Below are positions 25,560 to 39,971 of a DNA stretch of 64,000 nucleotides, in pieces. The position numbers and the translations under genes are program-made. Below the pieces are notes generated by a model that saw nothing but the letters and a program-made list of their open reading frames with translations, ran no database searches and was not told the origin of the DNA. Each line of letters starts with the position of its first letter. The first letter of the stretch is position 1. This stretch comes from Chrysemys picta bellii (lineage: Eukaryota). The DNA lies in assembly GCF_011386835.1 (NCBI RefSeq), contig NC_088792.1:256432001-256496000 (forward strand), given 5' to 3'.

Positions 25560-26560
25560 CTCACTTCCAAGTGTGCTGGTAACCATTGCTCCATTTCCAT
25601 ATCAGTAATTCTCCTCTCCATCCAGCCTGCTAACTCTCGCTTCCCAGTATTTTCTTGTAAAGTTGAAAAGAATTTCATTTCTCTCTTTCAATCTAAGGTC
25701 TCTCTAATTTGTGATAACGACTCAAGACTGATATCTTCTCCTTCCTTGCCCCTGTGTCTACTTTCTTTTTCCTTTCCTTGCCTCCCTGGACCTTCCTAAA
25801 ATTATGCATTAGAAAAGAAGCTCCTCCAAACACCACTATGCACAGACTTTTACCTTATAGCAAAGTGCTCAAGAAAATCTCCTCCTCTAATCTTTCCAAC
25901 CACCTGTCTTACAATATTATCCTTGACCAATTTCAGACTGGGTTTCACTCCGTCCATAATGTGGAAGTCAGTTTCTTTTTATAGTTAGTGACTTCCTCCT
26001 TCTGCTGCCCATAGCTCATTGTTTTTTCTCAGAGACCTAAGTGGTCCCTTTGACGGCTGTGGACCTCTCCACTCATTTGGACCTCTTCTATAGCTTCTAT
26101 ATATCAATTCCCTCTTGCCTCAGTTTTACTTTTACCTACCTCATTTAACCACACTTTCACTTTCTCAACAGTGGTTCCTGCTCTGTGACAAGACTTGTCT
26201 TTTACGGAGATCCACCAATCTCAATTTCCTTTTCTACCTATCTCTGCCCTCTAAGGACCCACTGGCCTTTTCTGTCTAACTCTTAACAGTGTAACTATAA
26301 TGACCTCTTTTATGCGGATGATGCTTAATTGTAAATCTCTTTCAACATTTTAATGACTCCTCCCTTTCCACATACCCTCTGCCTATCTTGGCCACTTAAA
26401 ACCAAAAGCTTAAGGCAGACCTTCTTACCTCATCCTCTCACTAACCACCCACATACCAACTCTCCCAGTTGGAGTGAGAGCAGTTTTAGACATTTGGAGT
26501 AGACTTTCTATATCTCTTCACCTCATCAACTCCTACATCACTTTTCAAATCTTCCCTGAA
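25560..26560 (+). mobile_element. Highly decayed L2-clade LINE RT region
   Basis: LLPYSKVLKK..NHLSYNIILDQFQTGFHSVH (25754 ORF) resembles L2 RT motifs; tatgcggatgat (YADD) at ~26311; pyrimidine-rich L2-like composition. Confidence 0.6.
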
Positions 26561-26741
26561 AACATATATATTCTCCCTGGCCTATAAGTCTTTCCTACTG
26601 GTAATATTTAACTCTAATTTATTATGAGAAAGTTTTATGAAAGGTACAATTCAAAATAAGGGTCAGATTCTGCTTACTTTGCTCATGTTCGTGATCCCAT
26701 AGAAATCTCATGAGCAGGATTTGGCCTTACAGTGCTATCAG

Positions 26742-29700
26742 AAGAACATAAGAATTCCATACTGGGTCAGACCAAAGGTCCATCTAGCCCAGTATCCTGT
26801 CTTCTGACAGTGGCCAGTGCCAAGTACCCCAGAGGGAATGAACAGAACAGGTAATCATCAAGTGACCCTTCCCCTGTCGCTCATTCCCAGCTTCTGGCAA
26901 ACAGAGGCTAGGGACACCATTCCTGCCCATCCTGGCTAATAGCCATTGATGGACCTATCCTCCATGAATTTATCTAGTTCTTTTTCGAACCGTGTTATGG
27001 TCTTGGCCTTCACAACATCCTCTGGGAAGGAGTTCCACAGGTTGGCTGTGCGTTGTGGGAAGAAATACTTCCTTTTATTTGTTTTAAACTTGCTGCCTAT
27101 TAATTTCATTTGGTGACCCCTAGTTCTTGTGTTATGAGAAGTAGTAAAGAATACTTCCTTATCTACTTTCTCTACACCAGTCATGATTTTATAAACCTCA
27201 ATCATATCTCCCCTTAGCCGTCTGTTTTCCAAGCTGAAAATTCCCAGTCTTATTAATCTCTCCTCATACAGAAGCTGTTCCATACCCCTAATAATTTTTG
27301 TTGCCCTTTTCTGAACCTTTTCCAATTTGAATATATCATTTTTAAGATGAGGAGACCACATCTGCACACAGTATTCAAGATGTGGGCATATCATGGATTT
27401 ATATAGAGGCAACATGATATTTTCTGTCCTATTATATATCTCTTTCTTAATTATTCCCAGCATTCTTTTTGCTTTTTTGACTGCTGCTGCACATTAAGTG
27501 GATGTTTTCAGAGAACTATCCACAGTGATTCCAAGATCTCTTTCTTGAGTGGTTACAGCTAATTTAGAACCATCATTTTATATGTATAGTTGGGATTATG
27601 CTTTCCAATGTGCATTATTTTGCATTTATCAACGCTAAATTTCATATGCCATTTTGTTGCCCAGTCACCCAGTTTTGAGAGATGCTTTTGTAGCTCTTTG
27701 CAGTCTGCGTGGGTCTTAACTATCTTTAGTAATTTTGTATCATCTGCAAATTTTGCCACCTCACTGTTTACCCCTTTTTCCATATCATGTATGAATATGT
27801 TGAATAGGACTGGTCCCAGAACAGACACCTGGGGGGACACCACTATTTACTTCTTTCCATTCTGAAAACTGACCATTTCTACCTACCCTTTGTTTCCTAT
27901 CTTTTAACCAGTTACCAATCCACGAGAGCGCCTTCCCTCTTATCCTGTGGCAGCTTACTTTGTGTAAGAGCCTTTGGTGAGGGACCTTGTCCCCTCAAAG
28001 AATTCTAGTAGATGGGTGAGGCATGATTTCCCTTTACTAAAACCATGTTGACTCTTTCTCAACAAATTATGTTCATCTATATGTCTGACAATATTGTTCT
28101 TTATTATAGTTTCAACCCGTTTGCCCAGTACTGAAGTCAGGCTTACGGGCCTGTAATTGCCGGGATCACCTCTGGAGCCCTTTTTAAAAATTGGTGCCAC
28201 ATTAGCTATCCTCTAGTCATCTAGTACAGAAACTGATTTAAATGATAGGTTACAGACTACAGTTAGTAGTTCTGCAGTTTCAAATTTGAGTTCCTTCAGA
28301 ACTCTTGGGTGAATACCATCTCGTCCTGGTGACCTATTGCTGTTTAATTTATCAATTTGTTCCAAAACCTCCTCTAATGATACCTCAATCCGGGACAGTT
28401 CCTCAGATCTGTCACCTAAAAGGAATGGCTTAGGTTTGGGAATCTCCCTCACATTCTCAGCTGCGAAGACCGATGCAAAGAATTCATTTAGTTTCTTCAC
28501 AATGGCCTTATCATCCTTGAGTGCTCCTTTAGCACCTCGATCGTCCACTGGCCCCACTGGTTGTTTAGAAGGCTTCCTGCTTCTGATGTACTTAAAAAAA
28601 ATTGCTAATTTTCTTCAGTCTTTGGCTAACTGTTCCTCACATTCTTTTTTACCTTCATAATTGTATTTTTGTACTTCATTTGCCAGTTCTCTTACTATGT
28701 TTTTTAATTTGAGGTATATATTTAAGTTGAGCCTCTATTATGTTGTCTTTAAGAAGTTTCCGTGCAGCTTGCAGAGATTTCACTTTTGGCACTGTACTCT
28801 TTAATTTCTGTTTAACTAACCTCCTCATTTTTGTGTAGTTCCCAGTTCTGAAATTAAATACTACAGTGTTGGGCCGCTGTGGTGTTTTTCCTGCCACAGG
28901 GATATTAACTTTAATTATATTATGGTCACTATTATCAAGTGGTCCAGCTATCTTCACCTCTTGGAACAGATCCTGTGCTCCACTAGGACTAAATCAAGAA
29001 TTGCCTCTCCTCTGGTGGGTTCCAGGACCAGCTACTCCAAGAAGCAGTCATTTAAGGTGTCAAGAAATTTTATCTCTGCATCCCGTCCTGAGGTAACATG
29101 TACCCAGTCAATATGGGGATAATTGAAATCCCCCATTATTATTATTGGTTTTTTTATTTTAATAGCCTCTCTAATCTCCCTGAGCATTTCACAGTCACTG
29201 TCACCATCCTGGTCAGGTGATCGGTAATATATCCCTACCACTATATTCTTATTATTAGAGCATGGAATTTCTATCAATAGAGATTCTATGGTACAGTTTG
29301 ATTCATTTATGACTTTTGCTTCATTTGATTCTACGCTTTCTTTCACACATAATGCCACTCCCCCACCAGCACGACCTGTTCTGTCTTTCTGATATATTTG
29401 GTACCCTGGTATTACTGTATCCCATTGATTATCCTCATTCCACCAAGTTTCTGTGATGCCTATTATACAATATCCTCATTTAATATGAGGCACTCTAGTT
29501 CACCCATTTTATTATTTGGACTTCTAGCATTGGTATATAAGCACTTTAAAAACTTGTCTCCTTTTAGCTGTCTGCCATTACACAATGTAATTAAATGGGA
29601 CTCTTTTTTATTTGACTCTTTCTAATCCCTGCCTGTATTTTATCATTTTCCATTCTCTTGTCCTCACTAGGACATAGAGATTCTCTATTAATAGATCGTC

Positions 29701-29801
29701 CCCTAAGGGATGTCTGAACCATGTGCTCCTCCGCACCTATCGGCTTTCCCCCAGCCCTTAGTTTAAAAACTGCTCTACGACCTTTTTAATGTTAGGTGCC
29801 A
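26742..29801 (-). mobile_element. CR1 LINE, near-complete ORF2 (endonuclease plus RT) with frameshifts, and 3' UTR
   Basis: GIYYRSPDQD..IIMGDFNYPHIDW (29032); LDNSDHNII; PIFKKGSRGDPGNYRPVSLTS (27955); PQVSVLGPVLFNIFI..KFADDTKL (27559); [21 protein letters not shown] (26936); 3' end agaacataaga at 26742. Confidence 0.97.
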
Positions 29802-30425
29802 TCATGTTGCATTGTTTTCTTTAATATGCTATAGGAATAGTTATTTTACAAATAGTAATTTACAAACATGAATGTTATATAGAAATATTGTGAAAAAGTC
29901 CTAAAGCTGACCCATTACAAAAAAATACAGTCAATTGTATTTCAGAAGTCCCATACTTTTGCTTAGAAATCAGGAATAAAATGGGAAGTAGCTACATATT
30001 AAACACCAAACTAAAGAGGCACAAATGCCACATATGATCTCGCTTATCAGACTATAGTACAAATGACTCCTGCACTCAGCTGTCTGGAACTTTTTGAAAA
30101 TGAGCAACTTTAAAAATATAGACATTTTGAATTAATATTTCAAAAGAGGATGACTAAGCCTTTAAAGACCAACTGGTACGTTGGCAACCTGCCAGGAACA
30201 GGAGGGCTGTGCCTAATTTGCATTAGAAATTACATATTATTGCAAATAAAAAATAAAACTCACAAATATTGTCTCTGCTAAATAAACCAAAATTACTTCT
30301 TTGAGTTCACCGGCAACAAGGGCCTGCAGCTGATAACCTTTGCGCTTGCAGGAAGAGGGTGGCAGGAGAGGCTGAACTTTAGGGGCCAGGTGATGATCCT
30401 CAGTTGTGGCTGAGGAGCACTAGAT

Positions 30426-31242
30426 CAGGGGTTCTCACAGCAAATTTTTTGGTGTCCTCAGAGTGCGGCCACCAACTCTTGCTGGTGTCCACTCTGACAA
30501 TTTTTCCTAAAATACTTAACTTTAGGAAAGACAAATACATAGGCACATATATGTGTCTAAATCATTGTAATTTATTTATGTAGGGTTATTTTGCAGACTC
30601 AGTAATAAAAATAATGTGCAATTGTCTCTATTCTTTACTGGACATAAACAGAATAGAAACACAAATAAGGTGCTTTGCTTTTGGGCTGATTTTTTTTTTG
30701 ACTTGCTAGTTAGTAAGTTTGCTAATGTGAAAAATGATATTTGTATATTTGTTAATATCAATTATCACAGCAGACTTACTCAGCCCCAGCAAGCTGGGTG
30801 ACAAATTAAGCCCTGGATGGGGAGGTGGGTAGGGAGGCGGGAGAACCAGGGGCAATGCGGGGGCTGAAGGCGGCAGTGGAGGTTGGGGCAATGGGGGTGG
30901 GGGTAAGCCTGGAGTCCCGCTGCACAGCAGGGGACCGGAGGAGGCATAGGGGACTGGAGGAGGCATAGGGGCTGGGGTGATGTGTGGGGGGGTGAGCCTG
31001 GGACTGGATCTCTGGGGCCAGAGCTCAAAGCCCTGTGGCTGCGGGCCAGAGCCCTGCCGCCGCACAGCCAGAGCCTGCCACCCATCACCCCAGGGCTGAC
31101 GCCTGAGCAGCACTTTGCTGGTGGCCCTGAGGGAGGGGCTGCTGCTTTTCCCCTCCCCCAGTCACCACCCAGAAGGCTGTGGCCGCAAGAAAAACCCCTG
31201 GTGGCCGCATGCAGCCACGGTGGCCACATTTGAGAAACACTG
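30426..31242. mobile_element. hAT (Charlie-like) non-autonomous element
   Basis: TIRs CAGGGGTTCTCA / TGAGAAACACTG and a perfect 8-bp TSD CACTAGAT at 30418-30425 and 31243-31250. Confidence 0.9.
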
Positions 31243-32574
31243 CACTAGATATAGAAGTGAGGGAGGAGGGTCCATAAAAGGTGTGTTTTGAACATTCCTG
31301 GTTATTGAAGCACTTTAAACCAAGCTGATCCCCTAGCATAGGTTTGAGTGTCCTATGGGGCTACAATGACTTTTGGGGATTGGAGGGGTGTCCGGGAATC
31401 CAGCCATCTCCCCTAAGGTGGCAGCAAAGACAGACTAGCATAAGTGCCAAAACAGTGGCTCTGCACCACTTAAAGATGCTCCTACCTAGAGGGGATCCTC
31501 TGAGGGCTGGATCTTTTGGGTTTAGTGCTGCTTTATGCTGATAAAACAGCCAGAGTATACCCTAGAATTGGGCCAAGGACTCCACAGGGCACGTATTATC
31601 CAAAAAACACACCTGCTTTATATTTTGATCCAGGAGGAATGACCCTATTCCAGCTTGGTTCTTCAGCAGCACAGTAGGTAACGTATGGTAGGTTTGAATC
31701 CATGCAAGCGAAATTGACTATCCCACAGTCACTTGTCTATTTTTGTGAGCACCGCTTTTGTAAATAGCTTTGTATCTCATGCATTCCAGTTTTGCAGGGG
31801 TCTGTATGTTTTAGTAGTTGTTGAAGGACTGGTGGTAGAACATTTACATTTTTAATAGGATTCCCCTCCAGGTATATGAAATAGATTCCCAAAGAATAGG
31901 CAGCCCTTTCATCCTTATTTTCTTCAAATGGCAATAGCGTGTTTAATGAAGAAAACATACTTTGCCCAAACAGGATGAGGCTGACTCATTGTCTGGACAA
32001 AAAACAGAAGAGTCATGAGCTGGAGTTGCTGGACCCTATTTATGTAAATGGTGTTATTTAAGAATGAAGATTTAAAAAAAATTTTTTTAGTTATGTTACA
32101 TCAAAACACAGTTTTAGCTAATAGTCTTTGTAGAGCTGAGATTTAGAGGTAAGGCATTTGTATACTCAGAGGCTGGTAAATAAATCACCTCTAATGAGGT
32201 TTTCTAAATAACTCCTTTCCATTTTCCCCTTAGATAACACAAACATTAGGGATGGGACATGTACTGCATTTAGCTACCAAGCAAAGGTTAACACTGTTTA
32301 CTGCTAAAACAGGAAACCCATTTTACATTTTCTCTTATTCAGTGGCTGCAGAATTGGCTACAAATTCACCAGTTGGGCAGGATAGAGTTCTCTCTCGAGC
32401 ATAGGAACAAAATATGAAAATGGAGGCTGAGATCAGCATTATGAAGGAAGTACGACTTTGCACTGTGGTACCAACATTATGACTTGCTACTGTTTTAAAT
32501 AGAATGAAATACGCAAAAGGTAAAGAAAATACTTGAGTCTGAGAAGGGTGTGGTTTTTAAACTGTGCTTTATGA

Positions 32575-32712
32575 TTAGTCCAGTTGTCAGGGGACAATTG
32601 CCCACATGACAAAAACAACCACTGTAATTGACATTGTGAGCAGACAGTATAGAGGCCAAGGACTAAACAGGGCAGGAGTCTGAGCTATCCCCTCACCCTC
32701 CAGGGTCAGGAT
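32575..32712 (+). mobile_element. LF-SINE central fragment
   Basis: agtccagttgtcaggggacaattgcccacat..agaggccaaggact..ccctcaccctccagggtcagg matches the LF-SINE core as recalled and resembles 70-230 of this window. Confidence 0.6.
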
Positions 32713-33165
32713 TGATATATTTTATTGATCCACTGTTCTACCAGTATAATTCCCTCCCACCAGAAACCCCAACGCTAAACTTAAAAAATATGCAAAATAA
32801 TGCAAAGGATACACAGGATATCCTACCATAAAAGCTCAACCCCCCTTACCCAACAACTCAGAAGCTGTTGTACCCCTTGCCACTAAAGATAACAGTCTAC
32901 AGTCTTCTTTTCCAAGTATAGCAAGGAGAAACAAAGCAAAATTATTTACCAGGCTGTCAAAAAGAACACGAACAAAATAAAATCCTGAAACATGGCTGCC
33001 TTTGGGATATTCCTCTATGTCCCAGAATCTGCCCAGGTTGTCAATATAGCTGAAGCAGACCTACTATTGGACCCAACAAAAGAAACTTCCCAGCCCAGTT
33101 GCTCTCAGACTAAAAGCACAAAGATAAAAATCAATGGACCTCATCATAAAGGAACATAACTGTAA

Positions 33166-33237
33166 GGGCCTGACCCAAAGCACATTGAAGTCAATGGGTT
33201 TAGTTTTAGTGATTTCAGTGGGCTTTGGATCAGGTCC
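33166..33237. mobile_element. 72-bp hairpin MITE, Harbinger/PIF-like
   Basis: Arms gggcctgacccaaagcacattgaagtcaat and its reverse complement match at 24/30 nt; TAA on both sides (33163-65, 33238-40). Confidence 0.65.
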
Positions 33238-36200
33238 TAAATTTCTTCTTGCCAAAGAAAGGACACATAACAAATATCATCATCACCTACCAGTAAGTGT
33301 CCATCAGGGTAATACAGCCACCTCTCAATCTAATAAATATATGTTTTACTATCATACATTGAAAGGGAAGAGAGTGACTGCGAGTAACAGTTATTGTGAC
33401 AGCCCTCCCACACCCTAAAAGCAAGCACAGGCAATTGCCATCCCAATGAGTAGGTACAAGGCATAGGGAACTCCCTTAATCTTAATAACTATAACACATC
33501 CTCTGCGTAGGTAACTTAGAAGAACAGGCACTGCTCTGGACCTCATTAACAGAACTGAAGGCTATGGGTTCCAATCCCAATACAGTAATGAAAAGTAGAA
33601 TGTGTAAGTGCTAGTACGTCAGAGTGATTGGTAGGGTATTAGAAGCCAGCATTACACATAAGCAGACTAAGCAATTGCTTAGAGACTGGGGCAGTTCCAG
33701 GGGGCTCCCTATTTGCTTTTTGTTGTGGGGGGGACCCCCCAAAATACTCCTGCTTAGACTCCTCCCAATGGGCTAGCATCACATCCGTTAGAACCTGAGT
33801 AGAACAGAACCAACCATACATGATTATAGACTCCTGTTAAAATTCTGGCAATTAAATAAGGGGGGATCTAATACAAATCAGTCATCAGCCTACTCCATCC
33901 TGGAGAAACCTTTTTCTTAAAGGTCATTATTATTTATGTGTTTTTTACACTGGTGACTGAATGCTGGCTCAGCCTCTCTGTCTGTTCCACATAACCGTGA
34001 CCAACACCAGATAACACCCTTAGCAGGGCTACAATGCAGTCCTACATGTTTGGGTGGTAGTGGCTCCTTTCTAACACAATTGATTGAAAATTCTCTGTGG
34101 CTTTGGGTACGCAGGGATGACTTTCACCTTTAGGGCCAAACTATAACAGTTAAGTGGTGCTTTGTGCTGGTGTCAGTTCAGGGACACAATCTCACTAGGG
34201 AGGCATTGGCCATCCAGGGGGCGCAAGGCTTGTCGGAGAGCTCCTCAGCATACAGGTAGACTAGAGTGTACTCACTGCACCTCACTTAGAAGGTGTAGGG
34301 TACTTCTCTAAAAGGCTGGCTTGTAGTTCTTTCAGTTTACTCATCCACTGCTCCATTACTGATGCCAATCTCCAGGATATTCCACTGTATAATTTACAGT
34401 GTATGTACCATTCAAGTGACTAGGCCTCTACTTTGTTTAAATGAGCTATTCTCTGGCTTCTGTCTGGGGAATCAGGACCAATCTCTGCTCTTGGGTGCAC
34501 TCAAAGAGCGCTCACTGAAGTTAGAGGAAGCCATGCGTGCAAATAGAATTTGTATTTTAGGTTTTGTTTTAATCTCTAATTCTAAAATAAGTGTCCCAAT
34601 TTTCAAAATTGCTGTGCCATCAAATTCAAGAAATGCTACTGGTGCTCAGGACTTCTGAAAATAAAATGACTTGTTTAAGTGCCTAAAAGGGGTTTAGGAG
34701 CCTAACATTAGGCACCCATTTTTGAGAATCATGTCCTTAAAATTTTAAAGTGCTTTGAGATCCTTGGATAAAAGGTATTGTGTGACTGGAAAATAGTATA
34801 ATGTTATTATACCTCTTTCATATTATTTACTTCATTATGAATTGGACAAATGATTCTTGTTCTATCATTCTGCCAAATTCATATTTTAAAATTACATTGA
34901 AAATTATTTAAATATCAAGCTCTTTGGGGGCAAGGACTCTTTTTTTTTATTTGTCTTGAGGTGCCATGTACATTTATGTCACTATTAAATAATAAGCATA
35001 AATTTAACCTAGACATATTTCAATTGACTGGTACTGTACAGATAACTTGTACTATATTGTATATCAGCAAGTTGAACTACATGTCCTAAAATGCCAGTAG
35101 CATGAGCAGTTGATAAAAATTAGGCATTGTGAGGGTTTGTATTTGCATCTCCTAGGATAGATTATGAGAATTTGTTGGACATGTAGAAACAAATGAACCC
35201 ACACACTGTGATCTGATATTTTTGGTTCATGGACATTTACCTAATAATTGGAGGTACAAAGACACCGGGTGTTAAAAAATGGGAGACACATATTTCTAAA
35301 TAAGTCAGGGTTTGTTTAACATGTATTTTAAATAGAGTTTCAACCAGCGGTTTGCCAGAGATTCAATCTCTGGGGGACAAGACCCTCTAGGCTGGCTTGG
35401 GAAACCTTCCTAACTTCTGCCATGACTATTAGGCATGGGATGAAACAGTCTGAAAGCTGCCAATATTTATGCATTGAGAGTGAGACCTGTCAGGGAAAGA
35501 GAGAGAGTTCAAGAACCCAGAACATAATATAACATATTTGGGCCTCTATGCTGCAATTGATGGTCACACTGCTGCGCCTGCATGGAGAGCCATTGAAGTC
35601 AATGTCAGGGATATGCTCATACAGATCCATTGTCCAGGAACCACCGTGAGTAAGACAATACACAGAGGTTCAGCTAAAGCAAAAGCGCAAGTTTTACTAG
35701 CTAAGACATAAAAGAACTAGAGGAAGATCTGTCAGGTGCCTCTTCCCCTCGCAAATTATCAGACAGGATAAGTCCAGTATAGTTTCCAAAGAATTGGCTG
35801 TAAAGGCAGAGCAGTCCTTAAGAGGAAGGTACCACAGTACCTGTGAAATCGACCCAGGGATCAAGACAAAGAAGGTGCCAGATCCCCACTTTCCCTTTCC
35901 TCATGCAAGGGACGAGCTGAGAGGTGTTTCTTTCTGCACCAGATAGTGAAGCCTTCCCCTCACTATGCCATGAACAGCAAAGGTCCAGCCAGATGCTACC
36001 CAGCCAGTGCCATTGCCTGGAACTGCAACAGTCACTCTGGCCCCAGTGCTACCTCAATTAACCCGACTGGACACCGGCTACACAGCTGAGGCAAATAACT
36101 ATAACATAATGCTCCTCACAGCAAAACCTGTGTGCTCTGAGGAAGCTGAAAAATCCACCCCATTAGCTGCCAGTCTGTGATGTGGGAAAAGTCCTTCCTA

Positions 36201-36966
36201 GACCCTTAAAAGGGCACTGGCTGAAACTCAGAGTAAAGCTGGAAATCTAACTAAAGAAACAAGAAAATAGGAAAAAAACAAAGAAATGGTGGGTGCGGAA
36301 AAACATGTATGAATGGAGGCCAGTCCCTTGGGGGGTAGCCATATAAACTGTCCCTCACCTGCAAGGGTGCCAACAAGCCAAGGAGGTGGCCAAACAGCCC
36401 AGGAATAGTCCATTCAGGCCATAGGAGGGGGCATAAAGGCAGTTCCACCACCCTGCTTTCCTCAAACCCAGCCCATGGCTGCCAAGGAGGCAGGAGAGGG
36501 TGCTGCCAGTCCTTCCCATCCTAGGGAGGACCTAAGGGTCCTCCTCTGCTAGTCCAGCCAACCCTCTCCATTGCTAATGGAGCAGAGAGTAGTATTTGTG
36601 AAGACTAGCCCTTATGTGCTTATTTTCTTTGTCCTGGAGATTTCTGTACTGCCTTTAATTATATTTGGCCAAGACAGTGTGATCTTGGAGCGCTTCTGAA
36701 GCAAAACAGAATGTGCATGCTCAGGTGGATTTTCCAATGAAATCCATTTGATGCAGTTTTAGAACTTCACTTTAAAATATGCTATGTTTACTTGACTCAT
36801 GAAATCAAAGGCCTTTCTAAGAAAGTTTTGTAAGATTAACATTATTTCACATTAATTTAATTTTACTATTAGTTAATCAGAGGCTGTACTGTATGGTGTT
36901 CTGAAAACCAGAGCACATAGCCCATTATAATTAATATTATTGTTATTATTTATTAACTAGAGGGTC

Positions 36967-37426
36967 TATGATGGGGTATCTGCTCCACACAGGAGTAGAA
37001 AATGTTAACATCAGCAGGGAGCACTGGAGATGTGTCCTCTCAGCAGCCCAGAGAGGCTTGATGAGGTGCAGCCAATCAGGGAAGAGTTGCAGAGAGAAAC
37101 CAATCCGGGCCCAGCAGGCTCAGATAAGAGGAGGTACAGGGCAGGGTCAGTTGCTGTTGGGAGATCAAGGAGTGAGGACTGTGTATCTAGCAGGCTGAGA
37201 GATCTGCAGCACCTTGCACAGAGCAACTTTTGGCATGCACCAGTGGAGCAAGAGAGAGCTCCTGGCTGGTAGTTGTATGCCCTGAGGCTAGGAAGAAAAA
37301 GGTCCTGGGGCAATGGCCCAGGGAGACATAGCAGCATTGGAAGAAGTTAGAGTCACTGCAAAAGGCTATTATCATGGATCCTTGGGATCCTGGCTTGGAT
37401 CCCCCCTACCCCATGGGGGAAGTGTC
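36967..37426 (+). mobile_element. Probable solo LTR (Gypsy/ERV-like)
   Basis: Degenerate tgtgatgggg start, two ccaatc boxes, a TATA-like agataagagg and a GA-rich body typical of reptile LTRs; end uncertain. Confidence 0.4.
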
Positions 37427-39971
37427 AGGATTTGGACTGGAAGGTGGAAACATGGATGGTGGGAGCAGGGCTGAGCCACAAAGAAGATGCTGTGGTTCTT
37501 GAAACTGTGAGAGGTGGTTCAGGCAGACAACTTGGACTGAGTGAGAGCATGCAAACCATGGATGGGAAGGTGTCAGCCTTGAACTGATCTCCAGAATAAC
37601 TAGGAGGAGGTGTTGGACCAATGGTGAGTGGTGTGCCCTGTGACAGGGTCAGACACTCTATTGCTTCTGTAGGCCAAGTGCAATGCACACACCAGGAGCA
37701 CCTTGCATTCCTCTATTACCTGCCCCAAGTTATTTGTGCAACCTTCCCATCCCCCCTGTATTTCATGGACTCCCTGCAAACCTTCCCCCCCATGTCCCAT
37801 TTCCTTCCTGTGGTAGGGGCTTTTTTGGTCTTTGTTATGGTGTGCACTTACCACCAGAGCACCCCTTTGCATCAAGGCATGATGTTGCAGGGGGTTTTCA
37901 TCTCCATTAAGTCATCTGCCTCTGCACGATTCAGCCCTGGGCTATGAAGCATCTAAGTCTACCTTCAGATGCTACCCTTAGAACCATCTACCCTTTCAGA
38001 TAACAAAAGCTCAAACTAATGTCCAAAGTTTTTCAACAAATTAGGTCTTTCCCTGGGCTCTGTCTTCAATCCCTTTTCTCAGCTACTCCACAATCTTCTC
38101 CCCCAGCTCTGCTACTGAGCACTAGCCCCTCAGACAGCCTTCCTGAGGTGTCTGTTCCCCCACAGACTCTGGTTCAGGTCCCTTCACAGGAGTCTCTCTG
38201 TGATTCCTCCTTTGAGACTGAACTCTGTCCCCTTTTATGAGGTCCAGGCAACATCCATTATGTTATCATCTGATGACTGTCTCCTTTTCTCTCTGTCTGA
38301 GAAGCAACTAATAAATGATGGCACAGGTGAAGTTGATATAACTAATTGGCTATTAACTCCTTTCTAGACCATAATGGGGTCACAGTCCACCATTCTCCTC
38401 CCCTAGGATATGGTCTGTATGTGCCCTCCTATTGCCACCCATCCCTATACCAGGGCCCCCATTTTCTCCTGCATGCCAGGGTCTGTGTGCACCCCCACTC
38501 CTCCTTTCCCCTCATCCCCCGCCAATTCCCCATACCATTCTTAAGTCATTCAGGGTGTCAACACTTCAAACTGTATTTGGGAAGTTAGGCAGAGATGAGA
38601 GAGGATTATTGTTATGCTGGATGCAGTTAATGGCTGCCATCAACTGGTTCTTTGCTCTGTTGACAATTACAGAGGTATCTGAAGTTCCTGGGTCTGTTAA
38701 CCAAACACAAACAGCTCTATGTCTTCCCCCTCCCCCTCATTGCCCTCTTCCAGTTTTCATGAAAATCAACAAGACTCTATCCCTCGATTCCTAGACCTGA
38801 AATTTTGGAATAGAGCAGATGCAGTATTCAAAAGTCATTGCATTACATACAGACAAACAGAGAAATGCCATCAAGTTGAGTGTAGGATCTCACTTTGTAG
38901 GGCCAACAGCTTTATCTATTATTAAGACTTTATACAATTTTGCCTTAGCCTTATTTATATTATGCAATATCCATGTCTTTAGAGTTGCTTAAATATATGT
39001 TGTTGAGAAGCGGTTCGCGAGCCAGTCTATCATTGATCTATGTGTGTACCTACATGTGCTTGCATTAGGCAGGTGTAATGCCTGGGACCATTGGGTTTAA
39101 TACAGGTGTCTGACTTAAAAAGATGCACAGAGGATTAGGATATTTAACAGTGCACAACTTGTACTACATGTAATCTTCTATGCACCTGGCTGCATGACCT
39201 TTTGAAAATTTTCCTCATAATCTTCAGGCCTTTTTTCCTGGCCAGCAATAAATTTTCTACATCAGTAGCATGACTTTTGGTACAGCATTTAAGATCCAAG
39301 CTTTCATACCAGGTTATATTGATTATGTAAGCTTATGCTGATTTAGCTTCCAGTAAGAAACACAGGGATACAAAAATACATAACAACAAAAATTCTCAAT
39401 GGAATTAGCTAAATCAATGAAATGTGAATTGTGACTTTATCTCACTTTAATATACGTTAAAACCAAATTAATAAATGGTCAGCACCATGGCCCACAGATT
39501 TATCCATATTGATGTTTTCCATATAGCATTATTTTCTACTTTTCTAGCCCAGGATATCCAATACCTACAGCTCTGCCCGTTGACAGTCACATTCTATTCT
39601 TTAATAAAATCATGTATTGCATTACTGCTAGACTGAACAATAACTGAATTTCCACATGGGATGTTTTGGAAGAAAAAGTGGCTGCAAGGCTTTTTATTTA
39701 GTATATCCAGATATAATTTAGCATACCCATGTCTATTGATACGTAATGTACATATAGGTCAGAATTTGCAACTAATAATCCCAGACACCTACTTGAAGGA
39801 AACCTATAATAACCTTTCTGCTATGCCTACTTTATTGTAAGCTCCCATCGAGTGGTTGTTCTGAATGTGAAGTTTTTTTAGTAATTACTACACCTTTCCT
39901 ACAAGGTGATTTGCCAGGAGCTTACTCAAAATGACTGATTACCTGTAAATAATGATGATTTTGACAACAGT

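Noticed and set aside
30170-30350. Isolated octamer (30216-23), RFX half-site and GATA site
   Set aside because: Single short motifs are expected by chance, and there is no conservation data.
30706-31339. Overlapping 80-150-aa ORFs on both strands
   Set aside because: They lie in the GC-rich interior of the hAT element bounded by the CACTAGAT TSD; no transposase motifs.
33396-36590. Several LTR-like stretches (tgtgacag at 33396; tgtccagg at ~35629)
   Set aside because: No paired LTR, TSD, PBS/PPT or gag/pol motif could be demonstrated, so they are left uncalled.
37430-38800. GC-elevated region with many 70-120-aa ORFs
   Set aside because: Probably decayed retroelement sequence; no recognisable domain in any frame.
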